A stretch of DNA of 59,330 nucleotides, counting the filler. It is 3 parts of 3 records of this genome, joined end to end, with 100 filler letters (N's around TTAATTAATTAA, not from the genome) between each part and the next. Parts side by side here need not be neighbours in the genome. Positions count along the whole stretch, not along the records: positions 47,860 to 59,330 come from DRR378314_785; 2 more parts are not named here. The stretch is one strand, 5' to 3'. The position numbers were made by a program, and so were the translations under genes. The notes under the pieces are model-generated. The model did no database searches. It was not told where the DNA came from and was given only the letters and a program-made list of their open reading frames with translations. Shown here in pieces: positions 47,861-58,268 of this stretch. How positions within the stretch are numbered: position 1 is the stretch's first letter; every line of letters begins with the position of its first letter.

Positions 47861-49507
47861 GAGCTTGAGGTGCAACGTGCGCTTCGCTCTGGACAGGTGC
47901 CACCAGAGCAAGAGCGGGCGCTGCGTAATGACGTTCTTGACCAGCTAATAACTCAACAGCTGCTCACGGGGTATGCGGAAGACGGTGGTGTGTTTGTTTC
48001 TGATGCCCAATTAGATCAAATGATTGTTGGTTTGCCAGAGTTTCATGACCAAGATGGTCGGTTCTCGGCTGAAATATTCCGCAACCGTCTTGCTGGTGCA
48101 GGTTACACGCCAGTGGCGTTTCGTGAAGAGCTGCGTGCTGATATTAAGCGTCAGCACTTGCAGCAAGGCCTTGCGTTTAGCGACTTTAGCTTGGAAAACG
48201 AGCAGGAGCGCTTAGCTGAGCTGCAGCGCCAGCAGCGCAGTTTTCGCTATGTTTTATTAGATGCCGATGATGTAAGTGTAGAGGCGGATGTTACTGAAGC
48301 GCAAATGCAGGAATATTTCGATGCAAACCAGGCGCGTTTCAAGCGTCCTGAGCAGGTGCGCGTTGAGTATGTGCTAGTTGACCGTCAAGCCATGGCGGAA
48401 AACGTTGAGGTTAACGAGCAGAGCTTGCGCGATGCGTGGCGTGAGCAGAACCGCAATGCTGATCGGCGGGTCTCGCATATTATGGTGACGTTTGGCGAAG
48501 AGCGCAGTCGCCAAGAAGCGCAAGCACACGCTAATGAGGCTCTAGAAGCCTTGAGCAGCGGTGAAACTTTCGCCGATACAGCTCTGCGTTATTCAGATGA
48601 TACGGCGAGTGCTGAGGAAGGCGGCGACTTGGGGGTTATTAGTCGTGGTTTCTTTGGTGATGCCTTTGATGAAGCAGCTTTTGCTCTAGATGAAGGTGAA
48701 ACATCTCAACTGGTAGAAATGGATGGTGCATTTCATATCCTTCAGGTAACAGAGCTGGTCGCACCCGCTTTTGAAGAGCAGCGTGAGGCACTTCAGCAAG
48801 ATGTTGCTCTGCGTGAAGTCAATGATGAGTTCAATCAGCAAGTTCAGCGCTTAATTGATGAGAGTTTTGCTGCCGATGATCTGCAAAGCGTAGCGGATGA
48901 CCTCGGGCTAACGCTAAACCAGACTGACTGGTTAGCACGCGGTGAAGGTGAGGGCGTACTTTCAGAGCCAGGGGTGCTAGATGAGGCCTTTAGTGCTGAT
49001 GTGCTAGAAGAAGGCTATAACAGCGAAGTGATCGAGCTTGATGATGATCGTCGCCTTGTGCTGCGTGTTGCGGAGCACCGCGAAGCGACTCAACTCACGC
49101 TAGACGATGTGCGTGACGAAGTTGCTAACGCTGTTGTTGCTCAACAACGCCAAGAAGCGCTTGAGCAAGAGGCGGCTCGTATGATCGAGGCGGTGGAAGC
49201 GGGCGAGGCCAGCGACATTGATTGGCTTGAGGCTAGCAATATTTCGCGCCAGTCTGACAGTGGGCTTCCGCAGGCGGTAGTGCAACAGGTATTTCGTATG
49301 CCGCGTCCGCAGGAGGGCGATAGCGTTTACCGTTCTGTATCGCTGCCGGAAGGTGTTGCCATCATTGCGCTGGATAGCGTATCGGTAGGTGAAGTTGATG
49401 AGCAGCTTACTTCTTTTGTAGTGCAAATGGCTGAGCAACTTCGCGCCCAGTCTATCATTCAGGGCTTGGTAGACGACCTGCGTAGTGACGCGAAGATCGA
49501 GCGTTAA
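47861..49507 (+). CDS. ppiD: Periplasmic chaperone / peptidyl-prolyl isomerase PpiD, 5'-truncated
   Basis: SurA-like N-domain, PEQVRVEY and parvulin motifs SHIMV..YSDD..GGDLG..FHIL; frame open from the contig start. Confidence 0.9.
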   Translation, partial: ELEVQRALRSGQVPPEQERALRNDVLDQLITQQLLTGYAEDGGVFVSDAQLDQMIVGLPEFHDQDGRFSAEIFRNRLAGAGYTPVAFREELRADIKRQHLQQGLAFSDFSLENEQERLAELQRQQRSFRYVLLDADDVSVEADVTEAQMQEYFDANQARFKRPEQVRVEYVLVDRQAMAENVEVNEQSLRDAWREQNRNADRRVSHIMVTFGEERSRQEAQAHANEALEALSSGETFADTALRYSDDTASAEEGGDLGVISRGFFGDAFDEAAFALDEGETSQLVEMDGAFHILQVTELVAPAFEEQREALQQDVALREVNDEFNQQVQRLIDESFAADDLQSVADDLGLTLNQTDWLARGEGEGVLSEPGVLDEAFSADVLEEGYNSEVIELDDDRRLVLRVAEHREATQLTLDDVRDEVANAVVAQQRQEALEQEAARMIEAVEAGEASDIDWLEASNISRQSDSGLPQAVVQQVFRMPRPQEGDSVYRSVSLPEGVAIIALDSVSVGEVDEQLTSFVVQMAEQLRAQSIIQGLVDDLRSDAKIER

Positions 49508-49528
49508 TTAACGCGTTTTTATCAACCC

Positions 49529-49565
49529 AAAAAAGCCGGCCAAAATTGATTTGGCCGGCTTTTTT
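49529..49565. terminator. Bidirectional intrinsic terminator
   Basis: AAAAAA-GCCGGCCAAA-ATTGA-TTTGGCCGGC-TTTTTT between convergent ppiD and lpxH. Confidence 0.9.
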
Positions 49566-49597
49566 GATGGTTTTTTGTTGATGTGCAACGTTAAGTA

Positions 49598-50368
49598 TTA
49601 GGGTGGGTTGGCTAAGGTAAATTGGCGCAGAATAGGCATGGCGTCATGCTCTGCCGTGCGTTCAATGACTATGTCCCAGCCATGATGAACATCCCAATCA
49701 CCAAGAACAAAACGTTTTGCAGGTACCTCCTCAACCGTCAGGTCATGTACCTTTGGCCGATGGGTGTGGCCATGAATCATGGTGGTGACACCAGAGTGCG
49801 CCATCAGCGCCACCACTTCTTCGTGTGTCACGTCCATGATCGCTTCCGCTTTACTCGCGTTGGCATCGCCCGACTGCATACGCAGACTCTTGGCAAGCTC
49901 CAGCCGCTGATCAAGGGGTAAGGATAGGATTTGCGTTTGCCACTGAGGATCTCTCGACTGTTGGCGGAACGCCATGTAAGCATCATCTTTAGTGCAAAGA
50001 CTATCGCCATGTAGAATAACGACAGGCACTCCTTGGAGTTCCACCGTTTGGCTTTCGGGTAGCAGAGAGGCTTGGCACTCACTGATAAAGCGCTCGCCAA
50101 TCAGAAAGTCGCGATTGCCGTGCAGGAAATAAATCGCAGTTCCGTTGCTGCTTAATTTGCGTAACCGTCTGATCACTTCCCAGGCAATGTCGCTAAGAGG
50201 ATGTGGTGTGTCAAGGAGATCATCTCCGATCCAGGCGTCAAACAGGTCGCCTAGAATATACAGGGCATCAGCCCCAGTAGCGGTGTGCTCTAAGTAACGA
50301 TAAAACCCCTGATTAATCTCAGGGGTATCACTGCTTAGATGCATATCAGCTATCAGCAGAGTGCGCAT
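49598..50368 (-). CDS. lpxH: UDP-2,3-diacylglucosamine diphosphatase
   Basis: DMH, GDLFDAWIGDD, GNRDFL, HGD, HGHTHRP and LGDW motifs; follows ppiB. Confidence 0.95.
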   Translation of the reverse strand: MRTLLIADMHLSSDTPEINQGFYRYLEHTATGADALYILGDLFDAWIGDDLLDTPHPLSDIAWEVIRRLRKLSSNGTAIYFLHGNRDFLIGERFISECQASLLPESQTVELQGVPVVILHGDSLCTKDDAYMAFRQQSRDPQWQTQILSLPLDQRLELAKSLRMQSGDANASKAEAIMDVTHEEVVALMAHSGVTTMIHGHTHRPKVHDLTVEEVPAKRFVLGDWDVHHGWDIVIERTAEHDAMPILRQFTLANPP

Positions 50369-50381
50369 AGAACTCCCGTAA

Positions 50382-50882
50382 TTAGTCGGCTTCTTTTACA
50401 TAGGCGCGCTCAATGATGACATCGTCTGCGGGCACGTCAGCATGCATGCCACGACGTGTGGTGCTGACACCGCGGATGGCGTCTACCACGTCCATGCCGT
50501 CGACAACCTCGCCAAACACGGCGTAGCCCCAGCCTTGAAGACTTTTACCACTATGATTCAAGAAGCTATTGTTACCAACGTTGATAAAGAACTGCGCTGT
50601 GGCAGAGTGAGGATCTTGGGTGCGTGCCATTGCCAGGGTGCCAACCGTGTTTTGTAAACCATTGTCGGCTTCGTTCTCGATCGGATCACGCGTTGGCTTT
50701 TGGTTAAAATCTTGATCGAAGCCACCGCCCTGAACCATAAAGCCATCGATCACACGGTGGAACAAAGTGCCATCATAAAAACCATCGCGGACATATTGCT
50801 CAAAATTAGCGGCAGTTTTTGGCGCTTTTTCATGATTAAGCGCAATAGTGATGTCACCGTGGTTGGTCTGTAATACGATCAT
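50382..50882 (-). CDS. ppiB: Cyclophilin-type peptidyl-prolyl isomerase B
   Basis: [31 protein letters not shown] and GYAVFG motifs; start at ATG 50882. Confidence 0.95.
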   Translation of the reverse strand: MIVLQTNHGDITIALNHEKAPKTAANFEQYVRDGFYDGTLFHRVIDGFMVQGGGFDQDFNQKPTRDPIENEADNGLQNTVGTLAMARTQDPHSATAQFFINVGNNSFLNHSGKSLQGWGYAVFGEVVDGMDVVDAIRGVSTTRRGMHADVPADDVIIERAYVKEAD

Positions 50883-51038
50883 AGATAAATTCCTGTTCAA
50901 TAAAGGCGTTCGCCTTGGCGCTGTGCATCGGCGTCACGTTATAATAGCGGTTTTGCTTGGCACCGCGAAGCGCAAACCCTAATAGCTTAGGCATTGGTTG
51001 CCTAGCCCGCCATCCACCATGAGGTTATCAACACCACC

Positions 51039-52718
51039 ATGACCAACGAGACCACCCCAGCGCCGAACTTCATTCGCAACCAAGTACGCGACGAAATAGA
51101 GGGCGGCCAGGTCACCAAAATCGTGACGCGCTTTCCTCCCGAACCTAATGGCTTTTTACATATCGGTCATGCAAAGTCGATCTGTTTAAACTTCGGGTTG
51201 GCAGAGCAGCTAGGTGGTGAGTGTCATCTGCGCTTTGACGACACCAACCCCGCGAAGGAAGAACAGGCGTATATCGACGCTATCAAAGAGGACGTCAGCT
51301 GGTTAGGCTTTAACTGGGCAGGCCCAGTTCGCTTTGCTTCTGATTATTTCGACCAGCTTTATGCGTGGGCACAACATCTTATTCGCGAGGGCAAAGCTTA
51401 CGTTGATGATCTTTCTCCAGATGAAATTCGCGAATATCGTGGCACACTCACGGCACCGGGTAAGCCAAGTCCTTACCGCGAGCGCAGCGTTGACGAAAAC
51501 CTAGATTTGCTGGAACGCATGCGTAACGGCGAGTTTGGCGAAGGCGAAAAAGTACTGCGTGCAAAAATTGATATGGCGTCGCCCAATATCAATCTTCGCG
51601 ACCCGATCCTTTACCGTATTCGCCATGCCAGCCACCATCAAACAGGTGACAAGTGGAAAATCTACCCGTCGTACGATTTTACCCATGGCCAGTCTGACGC
51701 CATCGAAGGCATTACCCATTCAATCTGTACGCTAGAGTTTGAAGACCATCGCCCGCTTTACGAGTGGTTTTTGAATAACTTGCCGGTTCCCGCCAAGCCG
51801 CGCCAAATCGAGTTTGCTCGACTGAATCTGGATTACACCCTCACTTCGAAGCGCAAACTGAAACTGCTGGTTGACGAGCAGATTGTTGATGGCTGGGACG
51901 ACCCGCGTATGCCAACTATTTCAGGTATGCGTCGTCGCGGCTATACGCCAGCATCCATTCGCAAGTTCTGTGAGATGATTGGTGTTACGCGCGCCGATGG
52001 CGGTTTGGTGGATATTGCCATGCTAACGCATGCGATTCGCTCTGATCTTGAGGACAATGCGCCGCGGGCAATGTGCGTATTGAAACCCCTTAAGGTGGTA
52101 CTGACCAACGTTCCTGAAGACCATGAAGAAGTGTATGACGTGCCTGGGCACCCTGCGCGAGAAGATATGGCGGTGCGTAAGGTGCCGTTTAGTCGCGAGC
52201 TGTATATTGACCAAGACGACTTCATGGAAGACGCGCCCAAAAAGTTTTTCCGTTTAGCGCCCGGCAAAGAAGTCCGCCTGCGTAACAGCTACGTGATTCG
52301 TTGTGATGACGTTGTTAAGAACGAAGCCGGTGACGTGACGGAACTGCACTGTTCGGTGGATTTCGATACGCTAGGTAAAAACCCTGAAGGCCGCAAGGTG
52401 AAAGGCGTGATTCACTGGGTGAGTGCCGCCCATGGTGTACCGATGGAAGTGCGCTTGTATGACAATTTGTTCACGGTTGAACAGCCGGATCGTGACAAAG
52501 ATGTCGACTTCCTCGAACACCTGAACCCCGACTCCTTGGCGGTATGCCACGCCATTGGCGAGCCCAGTTTGGCGGATGCTGCTCCAGAAGATCGCTTCCA
52601 GTTTGAGCGGGTGGGCTATTTCTGCGCTGACCGTCATGCTTCCAAGCCAGGGCAGCTGGTGTTTAATCGTACCGTTGGGTTGAAAGATAGCTGGGCGAAA
52701 ATCAAACAGAAGGGCTAA
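51039..52718 (+). CDS. glnS: Glutamine--tRNA ligase
   Basis: [30 protein letters not shown] and FQFERVGYF motifs. Confidence 0.97.
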   Translation: MTNETTPAPNFIRNQVRDEIEGGQVTKIVTRFPPEPNGFLHIGHAKSICLNFGLAEQLGGECHLRFDDTNPAKEEQAYIDAIKEDVSWLGFNWAGPVRFASDYFDQLYAWAQHLIREGKAYVDDLSPDEIREYRGTLTAPGKPSPYRERSVDENLDLLERMRNGEFGEGEKVLRAKIDMASPNINLRDPILYRIRHASHHQTGDKWKIYPSYDFTHGQSDAIEGITHSICTLEFEDHRPLYEWFLNNLPVPAKPRQIEFARLNLDYTLTSKRKLKLLVDEQIVDGWDDPRMPTISGMRRRGYTPASIRKFCEMIGVTRADGGLVDIAMLTHAIRSDLEDNAPRAMCVLKPLKVVLTNVPEDHEEVYDVPGHPAREDMAVRKVPFSRELYIDQDDFMEDAPKKFFRLAPGKEVRLRNSYVIRCDDVVKNEAGDVTELHCSVDFDTLGKNPEGRKVKGVIHWVSAAHGVPMEVRLYDNLFTVEQPDRDKDVDFLEHLNPDSLAVCHAIGEPSLADAAPEDRFQFERVGYFCADRHASKPGQLVFNRTVGLKDSWAKIKQKG

Positions 52719-52729
52719 GGAATCGTCAT

Positions 52730-54121
52730 ATGCACATTTATAATACGCTGACACGCCGCAAAGAACCGTTTACCCCGCTGGTGGCGGGTAAAGTCAGCAT
52801 GTATGTCTGCGGCATGACGGTGTATGACTACTGTCACCTTGGCCACGCGCGGGTCATGGTGGCCTTCGATGTGATAACCCGCTACCTGCGTTATCGCGGT
52901 TATGATGTTACTTATGTCCGTAACATCACCGACATTGACGATAAAATTCTCAAGCGTGCCGAAGAGAATAACGAATCGATTAGCACACTCACCGAGCGCA
53001 TGATTCAGGCAATGCACGAAGACGAAGCACGTCTTGGGGTATTGCCCCCAAGCCATGAGCCTCGGGCGACAGGTCATATTGATGACATTGTTGCCATGAT
53101 TGAGACGCTGATTAAGAAAGACTTTGCTTATGCTGCTGCCAATGGTGATGTGTATTATCGGGTACGCAAGTTCGCTGATTACGGCAAGCTAAATAATCGT
53201 CAACTTGATGACATGCGTTCCGGTGCCCGGGTCGAGGTTGATGTTCATAAAGAAGACCCGCTTGATTTTGTGCTTTGGAAAGCCGCTAAACCGGGCGAAG
53301 CACACTGGCACTCTCCTTGGGGCAATGGCCGCCCAGGATGGCACATTGAGTGCTCAGCAATGTCGACATGCTGCTTAGGCGATACCTTCGATATTCATGG
53401 TGGTGGTCCTGACCTTACGTTTCCTCATCATGAAAACGAAATTGCCCAATCAGAGGCAGCGACTGGTAAAACCTACGTCAACACCTGGATGCATGCCGGG
53501 GCTGTGCGGGTTAACCAGGAAAAGATGTCAAAATCGCTGGGTAACTTTTTTACCATCCGTGATGTGTTGGCAGAGCATGATCCGGAAGTCGTGCGTTTCT
53601 TGCTAGTGGCTAGCCACTACCGTAGCCCAATTAACTACTCGGTGGATTCTCTCCATGAGGCTCGCAAATCGCTGACGCGCTTTTACACAGCATTAGAGGG
53701 TGTGGAAGTGTCATCTAGCGGTGACGGTGATGAGGCAGGCTATGCTGAGCGTTTCACCACGGCGATGGATGACGACTTTAATTCGCCTGAGGCGTTAGCG
53801 GTATTATTCGATCTGGCGCGGGATCTCAATCGCGCTAAGAGCGAGTCGCCAGAAAAAGCGCAGCGTTTAGCATCGGAATTAACACGTCTAGCGGGTGTGC
53901 TAGGGCTTTTGCAGCAAGATCCTCAAACCTTTTTGAAAGGTAATCAGCAGCAGGTAGCGCTGAGTGAGACTGAGATTGAGGCTAAAATAGCACAGCGTAA
54001 AGAAGCAAAAGCCAATAAAGATTTTGCTCAGGCAGATGCTATTCGAGATGAGCTAGCGAGTTTGGGTATTATCCTGAAGGATTCCCGTGAGGGAACAACC
54101 TGGGTGATTGAAGCGCCTTAA
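52730..54121 (+). CDS. cysS: Cysteine--tRNA ligase
   Basis: [27 protein letters not shown] and KMSKS motifs. Confidence 0.97.
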   Translation: MHIYNTLTRRKEPFTPLVAGKVSMYVCGMTVYDYCHLGHARVMVAFDVITRYLRYRGYDVTYVRNITDIDDKILKRAEENNESISTLTERMIQAMHEDEARLGVLPPSHEPRATGHIDDIVAMIETLIKKDFAYAAANGDVYYRVRKFADYGKLNNRQLDDMRSGARVEVDVHKEDPLDFVLWKAAKPGEAHWHSPWGNGRPGWHIECSAMSTCCLGDTFDIHGGGPDLTFPHHENEIAQSEAATGKTYVNTWMHAGAVRVNQEKMSKSLGNFFTIRDVLAEHDPEVVRFLLVASHYRSPINYSVDSLHEARKSLTRFYTALEGVEVSSSGDGDEAGYAERFTTAMDDDFNSPEALAVLFDLARDLNRAKSESPEKAQRLASELTRLAGVLGLLQQDPQTFLKGNQQQVALSETEIEAKIAQRKEAKANKDFAQADAIRDELASLGIILKDSREGTTWVIEAP

Positions 54122-54262
54122 GTGTTACCGATGTTGAGCGTGATGACAGTGGGGGCATTGAATAGAAACGTTGTAGATGTCAGGCGCCGTTGATATGGCG
54201 TCTGACGTCAATGTCGTTGGCTCTTATACTGAGATGATACCTTCAAGACGCTAAATAATAGG

Positions 54263-55180
54263 ATGACCACTATGCGCTTTACTCTAAAACCGACCATCGC
54301 CGCTTGCTTGTCAGCCATTACTTTTTCGACTGCTTACGCCAGCGACCCTGTTGTCGTGTCCTCCAAAATCGACACAGAAGGGTCCGTGCTGGGTGAGCTG
54401 ATTATTCAAACGCTAGAACGGGGCGGTGTGACTACAGAAGATCGCCTACAGCTAGGTGGCACCAGCGTTGTGCGTAGTGCGCTTGAAGCGGGAGAAATCG
54501 ACCTTTATCCCGAATATACCGGTAATGGCGCTTTTTTCTTTGATATGACTGACAGCCCTGTCTGGAATAGTGCAGAGGATGCTTACCAGACTGTTAAAGA
54601 GCGCGATGCGGCGCAGGGGCTGATATGGCTGAAGCCTGCTAGCGCTAATAACACCTGGGCCATGAGTATTCGTGAAGACGTGGCGACGGCCAACGGCTTA
54701 ACGACCCTTGATGATCTTGCCGACTATGTTAACCAAGGCGGCGAGTTTAAATTCGCAGCGAGTGCAGAATTTGTTGAGTCCGCTCAGGCATTGCCGGCAT
54801 TCCAGGATGCCTATGGGTTCGAACTGAGCGATGATCAACTGCTTGTGCTGTCCGGTGGTAATACGGCGGCTACTATGCGAGCCGCTGCCCAACAAACAAG
54901 CGGTGTTAATGGTGCCATGACCTATGGCACCGATGGTGGCTTAAGTGCGCTTGGGCTGGTTGTTTTAGAAGATATTAAGGGGGTTCAGCCGGTATATCAG
55001 CCGTCGCCAGTGGTGCGTGCCGAAGTGCTGGATGCCTATCCTGAAATTGAGACGCTACTCAACGACGTATTTGCAACCCTTGACCTTGTGACGTTGCAAA
55101 CGCTCAACGCAGATGTCGCGGTGAATGGTTTCTCGCCTGATCAAGTCGCAAGCGACTATCTTGATAGCCTGGATGACTAA
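54263..55180 (+). CDS. osmF: Osmoprotectant ABC transporter substrate-binding protein (OsmF/YehZ)
   Basis: Signal peptide, SSKIDTEG, YPEYTGNG, ANNTWA and YGTDG motifs. Confidence 0.88.
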   Translation: MTTMRFTLKPTIAACLSAITFSTAYASDPVVVSSKIDTEGSVLGELIIQTLERGGVTTEDRLQLGGTSVVRSALEAGEIDLYPEYTGNGAFFFDMTDSPVWNSAEDAYQTVKERDAAQGLIWLKPASANNTWAMSIREDVATANGLTTLDDLADYVNQGGEFKFAASAEFVESAQALPAFQDAYGFELSDDQLLVLSGGNTAATMRAAAQQTSGVNGAMTYGTDGGLSALGLVVLEDIKGVQPVYQPSPVVRAEVLDAYPEIETLLNDVFATLDLVTLQTLNADVAVNGFSPDQVASDYLDSLDD

Positions 55181-55183
55181 TGA

Positions 55184-56377
55184 ATGTCGCAGATAGACGC
55201 TTTGCCATCGCCACCCTGTCAATATGGGCATTTAAACTCAGTACTGATATGTTTAAGTGCCGCTATGTTAGGAGCCTCTTGGCTACTGGGTCTTGTTAGC
55301 GTCGCGCCTAATAGAATTGTAGCGGGTACATCTTATGGCTTAGTACATGCGATTGGGTGGCCCGGTGCGCTGCTTGTTTCCTTGTTATTTATCGCTATGG
55401 GCGGCTTGGCTATTAAGCCAAGCCGTCTTCATAGCTATGCTCAGCTCTGTATCATTACCCTGACACTCTTATTGATGCCATTCGGGCTTATGGTAGCAGG
55501 CCACTGGCTGATTGATCCCACTCTGCCGCAAGCGCGTTTAGGTATTGGTGCTGCCTATTGGGTCGTGCTTTTTTTACTTTTATTGTGCCTAGTGGAAGTG
55601 CGTTTACGTTTGGGGTTGTCGCGCTTATGGACCACCCTATTGCTCAGCAGCGTGGGGGGAGCGTGGCTGCTTTGTGCCGCCTTATGGCTTGAAAATTTAG
55701 CCCTTGTTCAGGAGTTTCAAGCGCGCGACCAGCAATTTTATCGTGCCATGCTGCAACATGTGGTACTGGTCGGCATAGCGGTGAGCGTTAGTATCGTAGT
55801 TGGTTTAGTGCTCGCTATGCTAATGCGACGTTACCAACGTCTACAACGAATAGCGTTTGCATGGCTGAACTTCCTGCAAACGATTCCGAGCTTGGCTCTG
55901 TTTGGTCTACTGCTGGCTCCGCTTGCTTGGCTAGCTGCTAACGTACCTGTTTTAGCCCAGTTGGGGGTTAGCGGTATCGGCGCCACCCCCGCATTGATGG
56001 CGCTCATTGCCTATAGTCTGTTACCCATGGTGCGCAATACTTATATTGCGCTTGATGAAGTCGACCCTGAAACCTTAGATGCTGCTAAGGCGATGGGTAT
56101 GCGTCCGTATCAGCGCTTCTGGCAGGTAAGATTTCCTTTGGCACTGCCAATACTATTAGAAGGCGTGCGAATCACCGCTGTTCAAGCGATTGGATTAACG
56201 GCCGTTGCTGCGTTGATTGGGGCGGGTGGGCTTGGCACGTTCATTTTTCAGGGGTTGGGCCAAGCGGCTATGGACATGGTGTTGCTTGGCGCGCTGCCTA
56301 TTTTAGTCTTGGCACTTATTGTAGATGCTAGTTTGGGGGCGTTAGCCGACGCGCTTCGCCCCGGAGGACATAAATGA
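55184..56377 (+). CDS. yehY: Osmoprotectant ABC permease (YehY-like)
   Basis: PNRI, QTIPSLALFGLL and EAA-like DAAKAMGM motifs. Confidence 0.85.
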   Translation: MSQIDALPSPPCQYGHLNSVLICLSAAMLGASWLLGLVSVAPNRIVAGTSYGLVHAIGWPGALLVSLLFIAMGGLAIKPSRLHSYAQLCIITLTLLLMPFGLMVAGHWLIDPTLPQARLGIGAAYWVVLFLLLLCLVEVRLRLGLSRLWTTLLLSSVGGAWLLCAALWLENLALVQEFQARDQQFYRAMLQHVVLVGIAVSVSIVVGLVLAMLMRRYQRLQRIAFAWLNFLQTIPSLALFGLLLAPLAWLAANVPVLAQLGVSGIGATPALMALIAYSLLPMVRNTYIALDEVDPETLDAAKAMGMRPYQRFWQVRFPLALPILLEGVRITAVQAIGLTAVAALIGAGGLGTFIFQGLGQAAMDMVLLGALPILVLALIVDASLGALADALRPGGHK

Positions 56378-57339
56378 TAGAGCTTTCCCATGTGTCGAAG
56401 CACTTTGGCGAAGACACAGCGGTAGACGACATATCCTTACACGTCGCGAAAGGAAAGTTCTGTGCGCTGGTAGGGTCATCAGGCTGCGGAAAATCGACGA
56501 CGCTACGTATGATAAATCGTTTGATTGAGCATAGTAGCGGCGACATTATCATCGACGGACAGGCAATAGGCCACTATGACCCGGTTAAGCTTCGCCGCCG
56601 TATCGGCTATGCGATCCAGAGTACGGGCCTGTTTCCCCATTGGACGGTAGCGCACAACATTGGGCTGGTACCGCGTTTGTTAAAATGGCCTGCCGCTGAT
56701 GTTAAAGCACGCGTCGAAGAGTTAATGCGTCTATTAGGCCTTCCCACGGAAGAGTTTGCCCATAAGTATCCTCACCAGCTCTCTGGCGGCCAGGCGCAGC
56801 GGGTAGGCGTTGCGCGCGCATTGGCGGCAGATCCTGATATTTTGCTGATGGATGAGCCTTTTGGAGCGCTAGACCCTATTACTCGAGAAAAGCTTCAAGA
56901 CGAGCTGGCAAAGCTTCAGGCGCGGCTGCATAAAACCGTGGTGTTCGTGACTCACGATATGGATGAAGCGCTCAAACTGGCAGATCATTTAGTCGTTATG
57001 CGCGAAGGGCGTATTGTGCAGCAGGGGTCACCGCTAGCGCTGCTTCAAACCCCCGCCGATCCGTTTGTTGAGTCGCTATTGGGAGGGTTGGAGCGTGGTT
57101 TAAAGCAGGCTGCCTTAACACGCGTGAAAGATCACATGTCATCGCTTGGGCAGACACTGCCTGCCCAGTCGCGTATTCCGGGGGAGTTTTCACTGCGCCA
57201 AGCGCTTTCAATGATGCTGCGTGACCACTGCGATAGGCTGACGGTTGTCGACCAGCATGATATGCCGATTGGTGAGTTATCGCTGCGCAAAGTGGTGAAA
57301 GAGGCCCAGTTAGACAAGGTGAGTCACCGTGACGCGTGA
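56374..57339 (+). CDS. yehX: Osmoprotectant ABC ATPase (YehX-like) with C-terminal CBS-like segment
   Basis: GSSGCGKST, LSGGQAQR and MDEPFGALD motifs. Confidence 0.88.
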   Translation: MIELSHVSKHFGEDTAVDDISLHVAKGKFCALVGSSGCGKSTTLRMINRLIEHSSGDIIIDGQAIGHYDPVKLRRRIGYAIQSTGLFPHWTVAHNIGLVPRLLKWPAADVKARVEELMRLLGLPTEEFAHKYPHQLSGGQAQRVGVARALAADPDILLMDEPFGALDPITREKLQDELAKLQARLHKTVVFVTHDMDEALKLADHLVVMREGRIVQQGSPLALLQTPADPFVESLLGGLERGLKQAALTRVKDHMSSLGQTLPAQSRIPGEFSLRQALSMMLRDHCDRLTVVDQHDMPIGELSLRKVVKEAQLDKVSHRDA

Positions 57340-58105
57340 TCGTAACCGTGGTGAATCATCGATAGCAGCAGGCCCGCGCTGGCTATGGCCTATTGGTTGG
57401 GCACTCTTGCTGCTGATAGGGGTATTGGGTGTCCCGGCGTTAGAGCCTGTTTTTCGTTGGCTGGAGCCCGACGCCCGTCAGGTGATTTATTCCCGCGCTG
57501 ATTTTGCTTCTCTGCTGGCAAGGCACGTGTTTGTTGTTGGAATCGCAGCTGTCATTACGATATGTCTAGGCGTATTGGCCGGCATCGCAGTCACTCGCCA
57601 ATGGGGGCGAGACTTCTTACCTCTGGTCGGGCAGTTGGCTTCACTGGGCCAGACTTTTCCTCCTGTGGCGGTGCTTGCCCTGGCAGTTCCTGTATTGGGT
57701 TTTGGAACATTGCCGATTATCGTGGCGCTAATGCTCTATGGCTTATTACCGATTGTGCGAAACACGCTTGCCGGGCTGCAGGATGTAGATGCGAGTCTTA
57801 AACAGGCGGCGTTTGCCATGGGGATGACCCCTTGGCAGGTATTAACTCGCGTTGAGCTTCCATTAGCCACACCAGTAATTCTGGCCGGTATCCGAACATC
57901 GGTAACCATTAATATTGCCACAGCGGCTATAGGGGCAACGGTAGGCGCCAGTAACTTAGGCGACCCGATCATCGCAGGTATCGTGAATGGCAATATGGCG
58001 TATGTTTTACAAGGTGCGCTGTTGATCGCGTTACTCGCGTTGACCGTCGATAGTCTATTTGATGCGTTGCAACAACAGCTGCGCACTCGTCTATCTGCGT
58101 CTTAA
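57329..58105 (+). CDS. yehW: Osmoprotectant ABC permease (YehW-like)
   Basis: GQTFPPVAVLA and VELPLA.PVILAGIRT motifs. Confidence 0.85.
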   Translation: MTRDRNRGESSIAAGPRWLWPIGWALLLLIGVLGVPALEPVFRWLEPDARQVIYSRADFASLLARHVFVVGIAAVITICLGVLAGIAVTRQWGRDFLPLVGQLASLGQTFPPVAVLALAVPVLGFGTLPIIVALMLYGLLPIVRNTLAGLQDVDASLKQAAFAMGMTPWQVLTRVELPLATPVILAGIRTSVTINIATAAIGATVGASNLGDPIIAGIVNGNMAYVLQGALLIALLALTVDSLFDALQQQLRTRLSAS

Positions 58106-58268
58106 GTTGTATCCCTAAAAGTAGCAGACTGCGTTACTGTCCTTGTGTTGCGTTGATCGAGGTGACACTAACCTCGACAAGCTTGACCTATGCTAGATAA
58201 ATCCACTGGCAAAAACGGTCAACACCAACAACACTGCCCTCAAAAGGGGTAATACAAGGATAATAAGC

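Noticed and set aside
49501..49514. GCGTTAATTAACGC palindrome resembling the linker
   Set aside because: No Ns and gene order is continuous; it overlaps the ppiD stop and is most likely chance.
58206..58222. Sigma-54 promoter for bkdA1 (TGGCA)
   Set aside because: No matching -12 TTGC element at the required spacing.
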